From NCBI RefSeq assembly GCF_001194135.2, contig NC_068985.1, forward strand, positions 2,905,070 through 2,969,069: DNA of 64,000 bases, in the 5' to 3' direction. This document shows, piece after piece, positions 37,641-51,090 of this stretch. The stretch's first letter is position 1. The number at the start of each line of letters is the position of its first letter. This DNA comes from Octopus bimaculoides. Its lineage: Eukaryota. The notes beneath the pieces were generated by a model. It saw only the letters and a list, made by a program, of their open reading frames with translations. It did not search any database and was not told the DNA's origin. The position numbers and the translations under genes were made by a program.

Positions 37641-39207
37641 ACATATCAAACCCAATCAGTTTATTTGTATATTTGCATCATTATCTCCCTTGGATTCCTC
37701 ACAGCCACTCTTTACTCCACAGACTTAGTCCTTAGTAAAGATCTCAGAGTATAAAGGAACTTTAGTGAGTATTTAGTGATGAGTGTGACAAATTACAAGT
37801 ATATATTCACTAAATTTGTATATAATCAGTCAAGTCATCTACAAGTAGTGGTTAGACTAGGTTTCCCTGATAAAATCTAATAAAAATAAAAACATGTTCA
37901 TAGTTGTCACCATGCTGCCAAACACTTAACTTTCTCCCTATTCCATTCTAATTTTAATTAATTTCAATTAATTAAAATTCTGATGGTTGTCTGCCTAGTC
38001 TCCTGACCAGAAAAACTCACCGAGGAAATAATTTTTTTCTCTGCCCAGCAGAGACCTCTCGTCTCGCTACATTATGTATGTTAGTAGGCTTTTACTATGT
38101 GTTTTCTAGACAGCAGGCATCCCTGAGTATTTTCACCTCAGTTATTCTCTTATCTGGTTTAGTAACGTTACTTAGTAACAAGTGAAATCCTACAAAGATC
38201 CTAACAGATGCAGGGATTAATTCTCAAATCGCTGGAGTGTCAACTATGTTGCCATCTTCACATAAAGTTAAATAACAGAGAAAGGCAACCTGAACTGCTA
38301 CAGGCACTGCAACCCTTAACGCCACAGCTACCACCACTACAACAACAACAGCAGTAACGTCAACAGTAGCCACAACAGTGATCCTCCACTGTCACCGCTA
38401 AAGGAAAAGACACACAAATTAGTGAAAGACTTCACATAACAACAAAGCCGTTAAAAACTAATCCATGGAACACAAGCTAAAGTAAAAACAACCACATCGA
38501 CATCAACCTACCCACCAGCTAATTAATATATCCTGCTTTTATAAAAAATAAACAAATAAATAAATAAAACAGAGAAAACAAACTCAAAGTAAAATTAAAA
38601 CTCTTATGAAGTCTACTGAGCAGAACTTTTATTTATAGGTTTTAGCATTTAATTTCTTTGCTAGTTTTTGTTTGTTTGTTTTTTGGTTTTTGTTCAGTAT
38701 GATGAGGTTGTTAGGGGAAGGAAGGAGTGGTAATAGTAATTTTGATTGAACATTGATTTCAACTGGAATCAAACACTATATATTAAAGTACATGATTTAC
38801 AGTATTCATTAAAACCAAAGAGATCAAACAGTACATAAAATTAGTGAAGTGGGTTGCATTTATTACCATTTCATTTCTCTGGTGTTTTTGTTTTTCAGAC
38901 ACTGATATGGAAGAGAGTAAGATATGAAAGCAGTGATCTAATGACCAGATAAGGACTGGAAAAGCAGAGGGGGAGAGAGAGAGAGCAGGGAAGGGGTGAG
39001 ATGTAGAATGTGGAGCTGGAACAAGTTGAACATCACGAGGATGATGTTCATGATGATGATGATCATCATCATGATGACATCCATAACAATCAACAACCAA
39101 GAAATACGAAATAGAAGAGATTTACTCTTTCATTTTGTTTCACTTTTCTTTCCTTTACTATGTAAATGCGTGTTAGCATATCTCCATGTACAAACCCACC
39201 CCTCACT

Positions 39208-39243
<36 letters not shown>

Positions 39244-39441
39244 GCCACTCCAAAAATATGTAGATATTCAAACGCTCAAAAAGCAATTGAATGCAAGAAA
39301 GTATGGGAAAATTAATGTAAAACTACTACATATATATATCTGTGAGTGTGGTGTGCGTGGTATATCTACAAAACAGAATATATGCACACATAAAAAGCAT
39401 ACACACATACTGCTTTCTCTCTCTCTCTTTCTCCCTTCTCT

Positions 39442-39482
<41 letters not shown>

Positions 39483-39974
39483 AAAATGTATGTCTATATA
39501 CAAGTAAAAAGCAAAGCAAAAGGCTAATGTGAATTGGGTGAATTTCCATAACTGTTCACCAGTTCAATACTAAATTGATGAAGTATAGATGACAAATCAC
39601 TAGTTAAATGTAGCCTCTTTTTTTTTTTCTGAGAAGATTATATATCAGCACTTAAAGCCTTAAACAACTCTACCACCACATCATTCTCTCACTTTTCTTA
39701 CCTAATTTGCAGCTGAGTAAATTGGAATGAATATTCAGTGCATTGCCCACAGAATAGCAAGTATTCATTTTCACATACACTTAAATGTATATAACCTATG
39801 CTTTATCCATGCGGATATGCCTATCTTTCTGTTTTTATCAATACTTCTGTATGCAATCAGTCAAAAATTGGAGAACATATAATGCTTTGATAAATTCTTT
39901 TCAAAAGTTTTAAATAAGTTTTTCAATGGCACTGAAGAAGTAAAGATATCACAGCAAACACTCAGCATATACCA

Positions 39975-40960
39975 CTAAACTAAATTTACAAATCTAATGC
40001 CTTGCACATGAAATGTTTTCAAAGATTTCATCAATCTCGCCGCTAAGCTAATCCCGATAATGGACATGCCAGTCACAGTAATAAAACAAGCCATCGCATC
40101 ATCAGACTTATTACAGCATGAGCCAACGAAGTCCTGGTTGCCTGATATTCTAGAAACAGCATCCACATTACCCCCAGTTCACACTCAGCTGTTTTACATG
40201 CAAACCTACCTGTGCACAAGGTTTCCCTGCCAAATCTCATCTGCACAACATATCCTCCTAACACCCCTCTACCTATGCCCACTCACTTCTTATCCCTCCA
40301 CTCCACCTCTCTTTTTCACACTCTCAAGAACTTACCTACCATTCCAACCTATCCAACTCTTGGCCCACTTCCTTATATATGCCTCATCACAACTTTACCA
40401 TATTACCTCCCCACTCCCTCTCTCCATTCTTTCTCCAGCTATGATCCAGCCACGCATCTCCTCTACTGCAAGACACTTATTTCTCTCCCCCTCTCTATTC
40501 ATTCTCTAACTTCTCACCCAGTACAAAGCCACCTCCCTCAATACTGCATCCATACTCAGTTGAGGGGTCTCACCTTCTAAGATACTTGGTGACCTCAATG
40601 TGCTGGTGTGGCAATGAGACCAGTGCAGAACAGGTTTCTTGCGGTAGAGGGGCTGTGTGGCTTTTAGTTGAGAGGGTTAGGGTTAGGGTAATCAGGCTAG
40701 GGTTAGGGTTAGGGTAATCAGGCCAGGGCAGGAAATAGATGAAATAGTGGGATAAGGTGTTTGTGTGGATCCTCAAAGCTTGAGGCAAGTAGAATTGAGT
40801 TAAAGAAGAAACGAGTGTAGTTGAGAAGAAATTGCACGAGTACATGAGAGAATGAGATGGGGAGTAGGTAAGAGGAATAAATATAAATAATGAAGAACAA
40901 GTGTTGCGAGGATAAGGGATAAGTAAGGGATGGAGTAAGTGACAATAGTAAGCATTTCCA
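39975..40960. mobile_element. Probable degenerate retroelement-derived sequence (family not determined)
   Basis: Higher GC; strong C/T-rich versus G/A-rich strand asymmetry that flips near 40570; no splice-bounded ORF; no motif I can name confidently. Confidence 0.3.
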
Positions 40961-43125
40961 AGCATTATTTTCAATAATTTCTTAGAAATTTTTTAATTCC
41001 TTCTCAAGTTCACTGACTTAAACTATATCTTCTTCATGTATATAAATATAACAAACTTGCCCAATGTTTCTGCTAATCTAATGGTGTCTCTGTGTTTGAA
41101 AATAAATTATCATCTCATTTATCTCTTCCTGTTGGTCAACTTCATGGTGTCTTACTTGCCTATATCTCTGTGCTATTAAGACATACGAAGATCAATAAAG
41201 TTAAGCTGCACTGGAAGCTTTTTTCTTTAAATATGTAATATAATTGCTCGCTGTTTATTTTCTCATTCATAACATGTTTGTAGCCAACAACAGCTTTTCA
41301 TTAAGTCTTTAGCACACTTAGGTGCATCATGTCTCAACACAAGTTTTCTCCCCTGTAGCTGCAGGCACATTCTGTTGCATTGAGGGGGAGAAACCCATAT
41401 GACAACACAATGCACCTATAGCATGCTAAAGGTTAGAATTTATGAAAATTCTCATACAATATATGTACTGAAGTGTTGTAGTGTTTTAAGCAAAATTTTC
41501 AAGCCTTAATTTCAAGTTTTAAGTAAAATTTTCATTAATCTTTCTCTATTTTTCACCACCACCCCTTTCACCCCCCTGCCTCCTGCCCAATACACCATGT
41601 TCACAATCAACATCTAGCTTTGTGTTTTCTTAATTGCATCTATTTATTCCTTTAATTACTTGCCCCTGACTGAATGAGGATATGGAGATATGGTGCTGCA
41701 GCAGTATCAATATTTGAATATCTGATAGTGAGCAAGACTAGTCTACTCACAAGCAAACATTGCCACAAACCTTCTTTTCAAATGTTGAAAATTTTTCCCC
41801 ACTTTCCAACTCATTCTTCCTATCAAGTGTAAAATCTTAGGGCAGCCACAATCAAGCCCCTCAGCTGAGCCCCCCCCACACACACACACACATACACAAG
41901 CACACACGTGTGTTTGTATTGACAAAATCTCTCAAAAGTGATATCCAACCATGATCACAATCACCTAAAATCTCTGCTGAATTTCAAAAGAAATATACCA
42001 ACCTATCCAAACTGATGTGTAAATTACAAGTCTACCATCGCAATGTCAGAATATGTATTAGTAACATTTATAGCCAAGGCTAATACAAAAAATAATTAAC
42101 AAAAAAAAAAACCCCCACTCACAAAATATGAACAGAATACATTTGCAACATTTTTGTTTTGCTGAGAATAAGTTAGTTACAAGAAACAAGTGACTCATTG
42201 GCACAAACCCTGATAACGGGCTACACTAGATGCTTCAAACATCTGATGTAGTAGTCATTAAAAGTGTTGACCACTATGACTCAGCAGATCCCTTCCAATT
42301 ACCAGACCTAATACCATTAATTGGAGCAGTTTGATAGGTTAGAAGTGTGGACTGGTCATATGAGAGAGAGAGAAAGTGTGTGTGTGCTTGCACATTGTAC
42401 ATATGTGTGTAAGGCCGCAATCAAAGTTAGAAGGAAGAAAGGAAGAAGAATGCGAACGAATTATTGTTCAGAGAAAGAAGATATCAAACTGGATTTCCCC
42501 AAACACTCAAGCTGAAGTTTTCACGATCGGTGGAGTGGAAGGTAAACAGTGTCTTACCCAACCCTAGCATCTCCATAGACACACACACATACGGCAAGCA
42601 CACACATGCACACTAACTAGCATTAATACATACCAGAGGACATTTGTGTTTCATTTGAGAGATTGTTAAAGGGTTTTATTGAAGATGAAAGGAGTCACTT
42701 AGAAAACTGCAATCTTAATAATCAAGTAGTTAGCAACAAGAGGGAGATTCTACATGGGTAATGTATCAAAGGGACTTTGTGTAGGGTTTTCCAATTCATA
42801 TTACTGCAGAGCGACAGGATTCCTTAAACCTGTTCGCTGCATTCTTAGCATTCAATGACATGGCAAAAACTAATAATCCAGGCTAAACAGATAACTGACA
42901 GATTCGCTGCAGTAGGGAACAAGGAAGATTATTGACAATGACGGCCTGACCATGATAGAATGAGGAATTTCTCCAGGTTTACTAATCAACTGTACAAGGA
43001 AACTTCTATCAATAAAAGCCATTGGTATTAAAGAGAAATGAAAAGTTCCAAGAAGATTATTAAATGTTGAAGGAATACATTAAGATGATGTAAAATAAAT
43101 TTCATTAGATGTTTAGCGCGCCCAA

Positions 43126-43160
<35 letters not shown>

Positions 43161-43796
43161 AGAGAGAGAGCATGTCAAAGTTGTCCGCATAATCTTTTGT
43201 GCAACACAAAAGTTAACAGTTTGACATAGACCAGCATTCAGGTTAATATTACTGAATGCAGAAAATGGCCCACAAGTGTGAGCAGGATCTCAAGTGTAAG
43301 TGGGGTCGCAGAGAGAGAGATGCTGCAAACACACTGTCATTCAAATAATCATATACATACAAATGCAATATTTGTATGGGGGTTTATCAAATTCACCCTT
43401 GCACCCGAGTGTATCACCGTGTACTTATTAACTTTTCTACTTATTTCTTTATAAGTAAAAATAAAATAAAAGAGTGTGCTATGATGCTGAAGCAGGGTGA
43501 TGGAACCAGAAAGGAAACCCTACTTGCAAAATTATTGATAGAAAAGATTTATAACAGAAGAAACAGGGATTTATCTTTGTCGAAACATGACGATAATGAT
43601 AATGACAATAGAGATGATGAAACAAAAACAGACAGTTGTAACAACTAACACTGAGACTGGTATAAGTAATGGAAACCAGAATATATTTCTACTCAGTAAA
43701 AATGTCAACACTAACCCTCACCGGAATACAAATACCCCTCATTTTTTGACAATATATAAATCTATAACAGACTTTCCAAAAAACCTTCATCATCAT

Positions 43797-44060
43797 TATC
43801 ATCATTTAATGTCTGTTTTCCATGCTGGCATGGGTTGGATGGTTTGACTGGGGACTGGCAAGCCAGGAGGCTGCACCAGGCTCCAATCTGATCTGGCAAT
43901 GTTTCTACAGCTGGATGCCCTTCCTAGTGTAGTGAGTGCTTTTTATGGGAGCCAGTCAGACAGCACTGGTGTCGGCCACATTTGGATTGTGCTTTTTACA
44001 TGCTACCAGCACAGGAGCCAGTCAGGGCGGGGGTGCTGGCAATGACCACATTCGGACGGT
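43797..44060 (-). mobile_element. RTE-tail element (family D)
   Basis: catcatttaatgtctgttttccatgctggcatgggttgg...cagctggatgcccttcct. Confidence 0.75.
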
Positions 44061-45633
44061 GCATTGTGTGTCTTGTGAAGAGGGTGACTTAAAACTACAT
44101 CCAAAAGATTACAGTTAATTAACTGAAGTGTAAATTACAATGAAATAAAAGGGGCTCAATAAAGAATAAAGAGAATTACATGAAAACAAGACCTAAAGCG
44201 AATATTGAGAAAGAAAAACAAAAGACAGCATTAAGATACACAAATATATATATATCTAAAAGAAATCAAAAAGAAAAGAAAAAGTCATAGAGATGCAAAC
44301 AAGACAACAGATATCAACAATTAGTCTCAGAAATATAAATTTGAACAACACAGTATTGTTAATCAGATGTTGAGATATTGTGAACTTATTATTGATTCTG
44401 TAACCTGACCTGTCTCAGCAGTGATAGGAAAATAAATATGTGTCATCCTTTCAAGTACAGCAATTCAGAATGTGCATCAAGTGTTGCTACCAAACAATGG
44501 AATTGTGTAATCCCATACACAATCCCAGCAGATTTCAGTAAACACAGAACTCCTAACAAGCTTACAACCTGAACATCTGGATAATTCCAGATACCATCTA
44601 ACAACTGATTGTTATCAGGGAAGGGATTAATAATGTAGCAAAGTGCTGAAATCATAGAAATTTCCAGTCAACAGCTGACTACGGGATTCTACTGTAGCAT
44701 TTTGTAGTAGAGACACGTAGGCTGAGGCACCGACACAGGCATCACACTTACATACACAGCAAGCCAAGGTTTATTTTGCCATAAGCTTTATCTGCAGGAA
44801 TGTTTCACTTGTAGGAGAAACTATTTTATTTTATTTTGTTTTACTTGTATCACGGCTGTTTTGAAGGTCACAAAGCTTCATTCCTCTCCTTGAACACCTT
44901 AAACTTGAAACTTGCCAGAAGCCAATAAGAAAAATGTGTGTGTGTGTGCGTGCATACACAGACACACATCTTTGTATTTGTCTCTCACCTTTTGTTTATA
45001 CTCTCATGACTTAGCAATTCGGCAAAAAAAGAGATCAAGAAAGTCGCGGTCGGTTTCATCAACCAAGCTTTTTAGAGTGATGTACTAATATGGCTACAGT
45101 GCAATGACTGAAACAAGTCAAGGAAGAAAAGTATTCAAAAATTTTTAGCAAAACAGAATGAGTCTTCAAAGATTACACTTAAATCTTATTCATAATTCCT
45201 GAAAAGAGAAAGAAATGTCATTGGTACAAATAGTTGACGCATCAAAAAAGTACAGAAAATATCAATCAAAATTAATTTCATCCAGAATTTAGCAGAATAT
45301 TTTGAAGAGATTATTTTCCAACCATCCTAGAAATAGATAAGAAAATAGCCAAAAGTGTTATTACAATTTCTTCCCAAGGGGCCGGACTTGGAACCACACA
45401 GCTTGCTACTTTATGGTTATATCACAATTTGACATGGACAGATAGATGTCATAAAATATCTCAAAATTCCAGACAAGCTGCAAGCTGAATAACTGGACAC
45501 CTCGAACACAATGAGGTATTTTAATTAGGAATTTAAAACAATATCAATGGTACTTATGGGAATCAGTCATATATTTACTACATTAGACAATTCCATTACT
45601 CATAAACCAGGTCAGAGTCTCAGAAACACATAA

Positions 45634-45703
<70 letters not shown>

Positions 45704-45959
45704 CTGAACACATATTATTCCATTAATTTCAGCCATCTTTTTTTTTATCAATGATTATAAATGAATTTCAAGAAAGTATAACAATAAATATATTGAATTA
45801 TATCACAGAATGACAAAGAAGTTGCTGTCATCAAAATGCAATGACCAGTTAACTTGTAACACAACTAACAAGTACCATTGTCAACATTGGTGATTAAATT
45901 TTAATGGACCAACACAAACATTTCCATTAATAAGTGCAGCAGCTGGGCAATGACATCAA

Positions 45960-46190
45960 TGTGAATCACCATTTGCAGGATGTGGGATATTGTTTTTAGC
46001 ATTAATTCAATGTGTGCCTACATGGAGATCATAACATCAATGTTGGCAAACAGATTAGATATCAACAGTGTAAAACCTCACACAACCAAACTGCTTATTA
46101 TTACTCACAAGAAATCTTATGTCAAAAATTACCAGATTCGTTTAATGACACCATCAATATGTCACTTTATTATATAACATACCTGCTACA
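45960..46190 (+). mobile_element. Possible RTE-type endonuclease remnant
   Basis: CLHGDHNINVGKQ resembles the GDFNAKVG motif; otherwise highly degenerate. Confidence 0.35.
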
Positions 46191-46222
46191 ACTTCAGTGT
46201 TATGGATTCTGCAGTTATTGGC

Positions 46223-46377
46223 TCACTGGTGCAGAACATAGCATTACTGACTCAGCATCACAGAACACAGCATTACTGCATCACTGGTGCAGAATATAGC
46301 CTTACTGCTTCACTGGTTCAGAACAGAGCATTACTAATTCATGGGTGCAGAGGACAGCATTACTAGTTCAATGGCAC
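46223..46377. repeat. 29-bp minisatellite, about 5.3 copies
   Basis: Units start at 46223, 46252, 46281, 46310, 46339 and 46368; consensus tcactggtgcagaacatagcattactg.t. Confidence 0.9.
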
Positions 46378-47139
46378 AAGTATACCACACTGGGAAGAGC
46401 ATAAGTCATTTCATATCATTTACTGCCCTTACGTTACAAAATATTAAAACAACTAAGTTATAACAACATTGCTTAGATTCTATCAAATTATCCTCAAGAT
46501 ATGTAATATCAATTTTATTTTCAGTTTCAATGTATAACTGCTAGATTTACACATCTGGGCTTTATTCATTTTAACACTATTGTTTTACAACCAGATGTCC
46601 TTCCAGCCACTAACTTTACTTCGAGAAAGGGATTTCTCATTCTACTTGTCTCCAAGGGCATAAAGACAGCAGATGATTTGTTGACAGAATATGACAGAAT
46701 GATCACTATTAATATTTCAGAAATCTCAAGAGAAGTACAATTGCAAACAAATACACACACACACACACACAGAGTAGGCATCTTTGATTTTGCATCAACA
46801 AAATCACAAGTATTTGGTCAGCCCAAGGCAACAGTAGACGACATGTGCAAGATGCCATGCAGTGGAACTGAACATAAAACCACATAATCGAGAAGCAATC
46901 TTCTTAATCGCACAACCATGCCGGGGCTATCTGTGAAAATATATGGGAAATTCTTTGTGGTCACTTGACCTGTAAACAATAGCAACCAAAACAAAACATG
47001 CTTTATAATATATTTAAAAAAAAAAGGGAATGATACAATGTAAAATGAAGCCCTAGATACACGATGCTTTTGTAACAATTGCTTAACTATAAAACAGTTA
47101 TGACCCTTACAACATCTTTTGGTGCCAACACTAGTTATC

Positions 47140-47400
47140 ATCATCATCCTTTAACGTCCATTTTCCATGCTGGCATGAGTTGGACGGTTTGACCAGAGCT
47201 GACAAGCTGGGAAGCTGCACCCGGTTCCAGTCTGAATTGGTTTGGTTTCTACAGCTGGATGCCCTTCCTAACACCAACCACTATACAGTGTGTGTTGGGT
47301 GCTTTTAACATGCCATCAGCACAACTGCTTTTACGTGGCACCAGCACGAGTGTTTAATAAGTGGCACAAGTGCTTTTTATGTAGCACTGGCACAAGACTC
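47140..47400 (-). mobile_element. RTE-tail element (family D)
   Basis: atcatcatcctttaacgtccattttccatgctggcatg...ggatgcccttcctaacaccaacc. Confidence 0.75.
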
Positions 47401-47591
47401 TTGCCGGCCAATCCTCTTCACAAGGGGATGAAGCCTTAACACTTCTGTTATGGAGGACAGATCTTCTTAAGTACAGCCAGGTGCAAGGTATCTCAAACCT
47501 TTGTCATCTCATTCAAAGGGGTCAGCATTCTGAGATTACCCTTCAGTAACATTTCAAAGTTGCGTCTTTTTCCTTTATCACAATGGTTTAA

Positions 47592-47809
47592 CCCTTTACC
47601 ATTTAAACCAGTCACATCTGGCCCAAATATTGACTGCTTTCTGTTGAAACCAGCCAGATTTAGCCTCCCACACTTATCCCACAATATCATTCTAAAAACA
47701 TACAATCACATCAATGCAATCTGAAACCAACAAAATAATGAATGATTAATTCAAAACAATATGAATAAATAAGCATTACGTTTGGCAGAGTAATTTGAAT
47801 GTTAAAGGG
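47592..47809. mobile_element. piggyBac-like MITE, complete
   Basis: TTAA|CCCTTTACCATTTAAAC...TGTTAAAGGG|TTAA. Confidence 0.85.
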
Positions 47810-49539
47810 TTAATCAATTTAAAGTTATCAATCACTGAATTAGAATGGACAGGATAGCTAGAACAAACAAATCTGATATTCCAGCAGACTTTCTTTAACA
47901 TGGTGAGATTTGTAGCTGATGGATTACAGGATTCAAATATTTCCTAAAAACTATCAGTCTGGACGTAATCATAATAAACTAGAGATTTTATCTTGTTAGG
48001 AGACATTTCTGATTCTAGCAGATATTAATACATGATTCAACAACTTTTTAAGATAGTAAAAAAAAACATTTATATGAATCGACCCAATGAAATACATGCC
48101 AGGTGTCTTTTACAAAAGAATTTCAAAACCCCAACAAAGACATGAATTTCCACAGAATTTGATTGTATTAACTCATGGCTATTATAAAATATACATGAAT
48201 ACAATTAAAGTCTATAAAATTTATGTTTAAAAGGCTGACAAAAATAATCATTTATAAAAGGTGCTTTTATAATGCGCAAACATTATCAGGTCCACACTAT
48301 AACAAAATGTTTTTGGGAAGCGCCATCCAAACTAAGTAGAGCTTTGCAACAAGCTCTATTTAATGGAGAATCATGTCAAAATATGTGCTGCTCTGTGAGA
48401 GCTCTCTGGATTTAATAGGGAAAATCTAAGTGGTAAATTTGAACAAATGTTTGCTATAAACTTGGAAAATGTCCTTTTTTCCATCTACACACCTTGTGTC
48501 CAATTAAAACTGTTATTTGTCAATTTGTCAAAAGAATAAAAGGTAGGGTATTAATCTATTGATTGCAAGTCTGGTGGCCACAATTCTTTTGCTCTATAAA
48601 CTAAGACATCTTTGTTTATTCAAAGAGAATTCCTCAAGTGACTGTATGTTATGCTTCTGACCCGCTCACACTTTCCATGATGATGACATGAACTAATGAC
48701 AAGAGAGTCAAAATTCTCATACATACAGGCTCGTTTGAAAATTTCATCTATCAAGAATTAGCAAATTAATTCAACCTGAAGATATTCTCAAAAACAGGTA
48801 GTGTGTCTGTGGCTAATTCCATTCTAACACCACAAATTCATGGATTCTAAAATACTAAAATATTTATAAAAGATAAAGTAAAAAAAAAAAAGAGAAAATA
48901 CACAACTGGTATGTGTGTGTGTGTGTGTGTGTTTTGAAATTACACAAAAAGTTAGAGATGTATATCATGGATCACAACTTTTTGTGATTTTACTCAACTC
49001 AAAGTAGTTATGGAATCTGCTAAACAACTTCAAAGATCTCTCTCTGAACACACACACACGCACATGCAATTACATATATATTCTTACACACACACACACA
49101 CAAGCACAGATGGACTTCTTACAGTTTCTGTCAACAATTTCATTCACAAGGCTTTGGTCAGCCCAGGATTATAGTACAAAGACACTTGCCCAAGGTGCCA
49201 CACAATCGGACTGAACCCCGAATCAAGTGGCTGGGAAGGAAATTTCATAACCATACATCCATGCCTACACCTGTAAATTCATGCACGCGCACACACACAC
49301 ACTTGTATGATTCAACAGCACAGTAGTCTATCTAAATCCATATCACAGTGGTGTATCAGAGACACAATCTCAAAGGCAAACGTAAACAATTGTGTTGTAT
49401 TGATTTATACAGCAATGACAAATGTCTGTGTTGTTTAGTTCTCAGGACAAGAGAGCTAAACCAATCACAGTAATGGATGGACAACATCAACTTACAGTAA
49501 AAGAGAGTTCAATTATGTGAAACATTAAATGTACCTCTT

Positions 49540-49583
<44 letters not shown>

Positions 49584-49882
49584 TGTGTAGCATAAGAGTA
49601 TGATAGTATGGTAAGTAGAAGAGTGAGTGTGACGATGTAACTAATACACTGGATGGAATTGCTGCATAATAGGGGCATATCTCTCCCTTTCTCTGCATAT
49701 GTCAGTGCCTATGTAATAATTTGTAAATACATGTGCATGACTATGTACATCTGTATTTGGGTTATTAGTTTCTGTATGGTCTATGCTGCATGCAACTCTT
49801 TGCAATATGTGCAGCAATGTTGCAGAAAAAAAAGAAACAAATTTACAATTCCAACTCCCTAAATTACAGTAATTCTAGGAAC

Positions 49883-49929
<47 letters not shown>

Positions 49930-50730
49930 CCCCTCAGCCTCAATTTCATTCAATGCTTGACTACATTAAGCCATACATAATGGTATTCTTTCACTGCCCA
50001 GATCTCTAAGTTGGTCACTTGTGTATGGGAGGAGGGGAGGAGAAGACAGTAAGAGAGCAAAAAGACAGAGGGAGAGAGAAAGAGAGAATGAGAGTGAGAG
50101 AGAGGCACACAGACAGACAGACAGACAGAAGAGAGGAATGAAGTCAGTCAGATGAAACAGAAAGAGAAGAGGCAGAGTGAGAGAGAGAGAAAGAAAGGGA
50201 TACAAACATAGAGAAAGAGGAGAGGTGGGAGAGACGAAACAGAGGGAGGGAGATGAGAATGGAAACGACAACCGCATTGGCACTATTGAGCAGTTGAAAC
50301 GTTTTTCTCACCCCTAGACTGTTGGTCCCTCATTCATTCTGTTTTTTCTACACTGGCACATGTTGGACAGGTACATAATTGCATAATATAGACAGGTGTG
50401 TAATTACAGGTGAATGCTCTACCTGTCACAAACCGTTACCAGTTTCACTAGTTAGGGATTCTTTTATTCGGCTAATTCAAGAATGAGAGATACAAAATGT
50501 AACGTGCACACCAGGAAGGAAAATCACTGTTTTCATGTGTGCTTGTATCATTGCAGACATGGATCAGATCAGATTCAATGAGAATGACCTTCTAATACTG
50601 GTGGCTCCATCTATCACCAGCCCTCACGTTTCCAAGTTAAGTAATATCCCAATAATCTTTAGAACACAATCGCATTGTTGGACATGTCTTCACAGCAAAT
50701 AAATAGCAGCATTTTTTGAATGAATAGTAA

Positions 50731-51090
50731 CTTTTATCCCTTCTTTCTGTCATCAGACTGTGGCCATGCTAGAGTACCCCTATGTAGTATTTCAGTCAAA
50801 CAAATCAACTCCAGTACTTATTGCTTTTAAGCCTGGTACTTATTTTATCAGTCTCTTTTGCCATACTCTTAAGTTATGGGGACGTAAACACACCGACAAA
50901 CACACATGCACGCCAGTGTGCACGTGCACATACACACTGGTTTCATTCAGTTTGCATCTACCAAATCCACTCACAAGGTTTTGGTTGGCTCCAAGCTGTA
51001 GAGCAGAAGACACTTGCTCAGGTGTCACACAGTGGAACTGAATCTGGGGGCCCTGGTCAAGAAGCAAACTTCTTACCACACAGCCATACC
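50731..51090 (-). mobile_element. Composite SINE (A+B); a further family A copy at 51210-51355
   Basis: Collinear with 638-1032. Confidence 0.75.

Noticed and set aside
44562-44600. 39-nt minus-strand phase-0 exon candidate LLDGIWNYPDVQV
   Set aside because: Too short to distinguish from chance; modest acceptor.
46223-46377. CRISPR-like array
   Set aside because: Contiguous tandem units without unique spacers, no cas genes, eukaryotic context.
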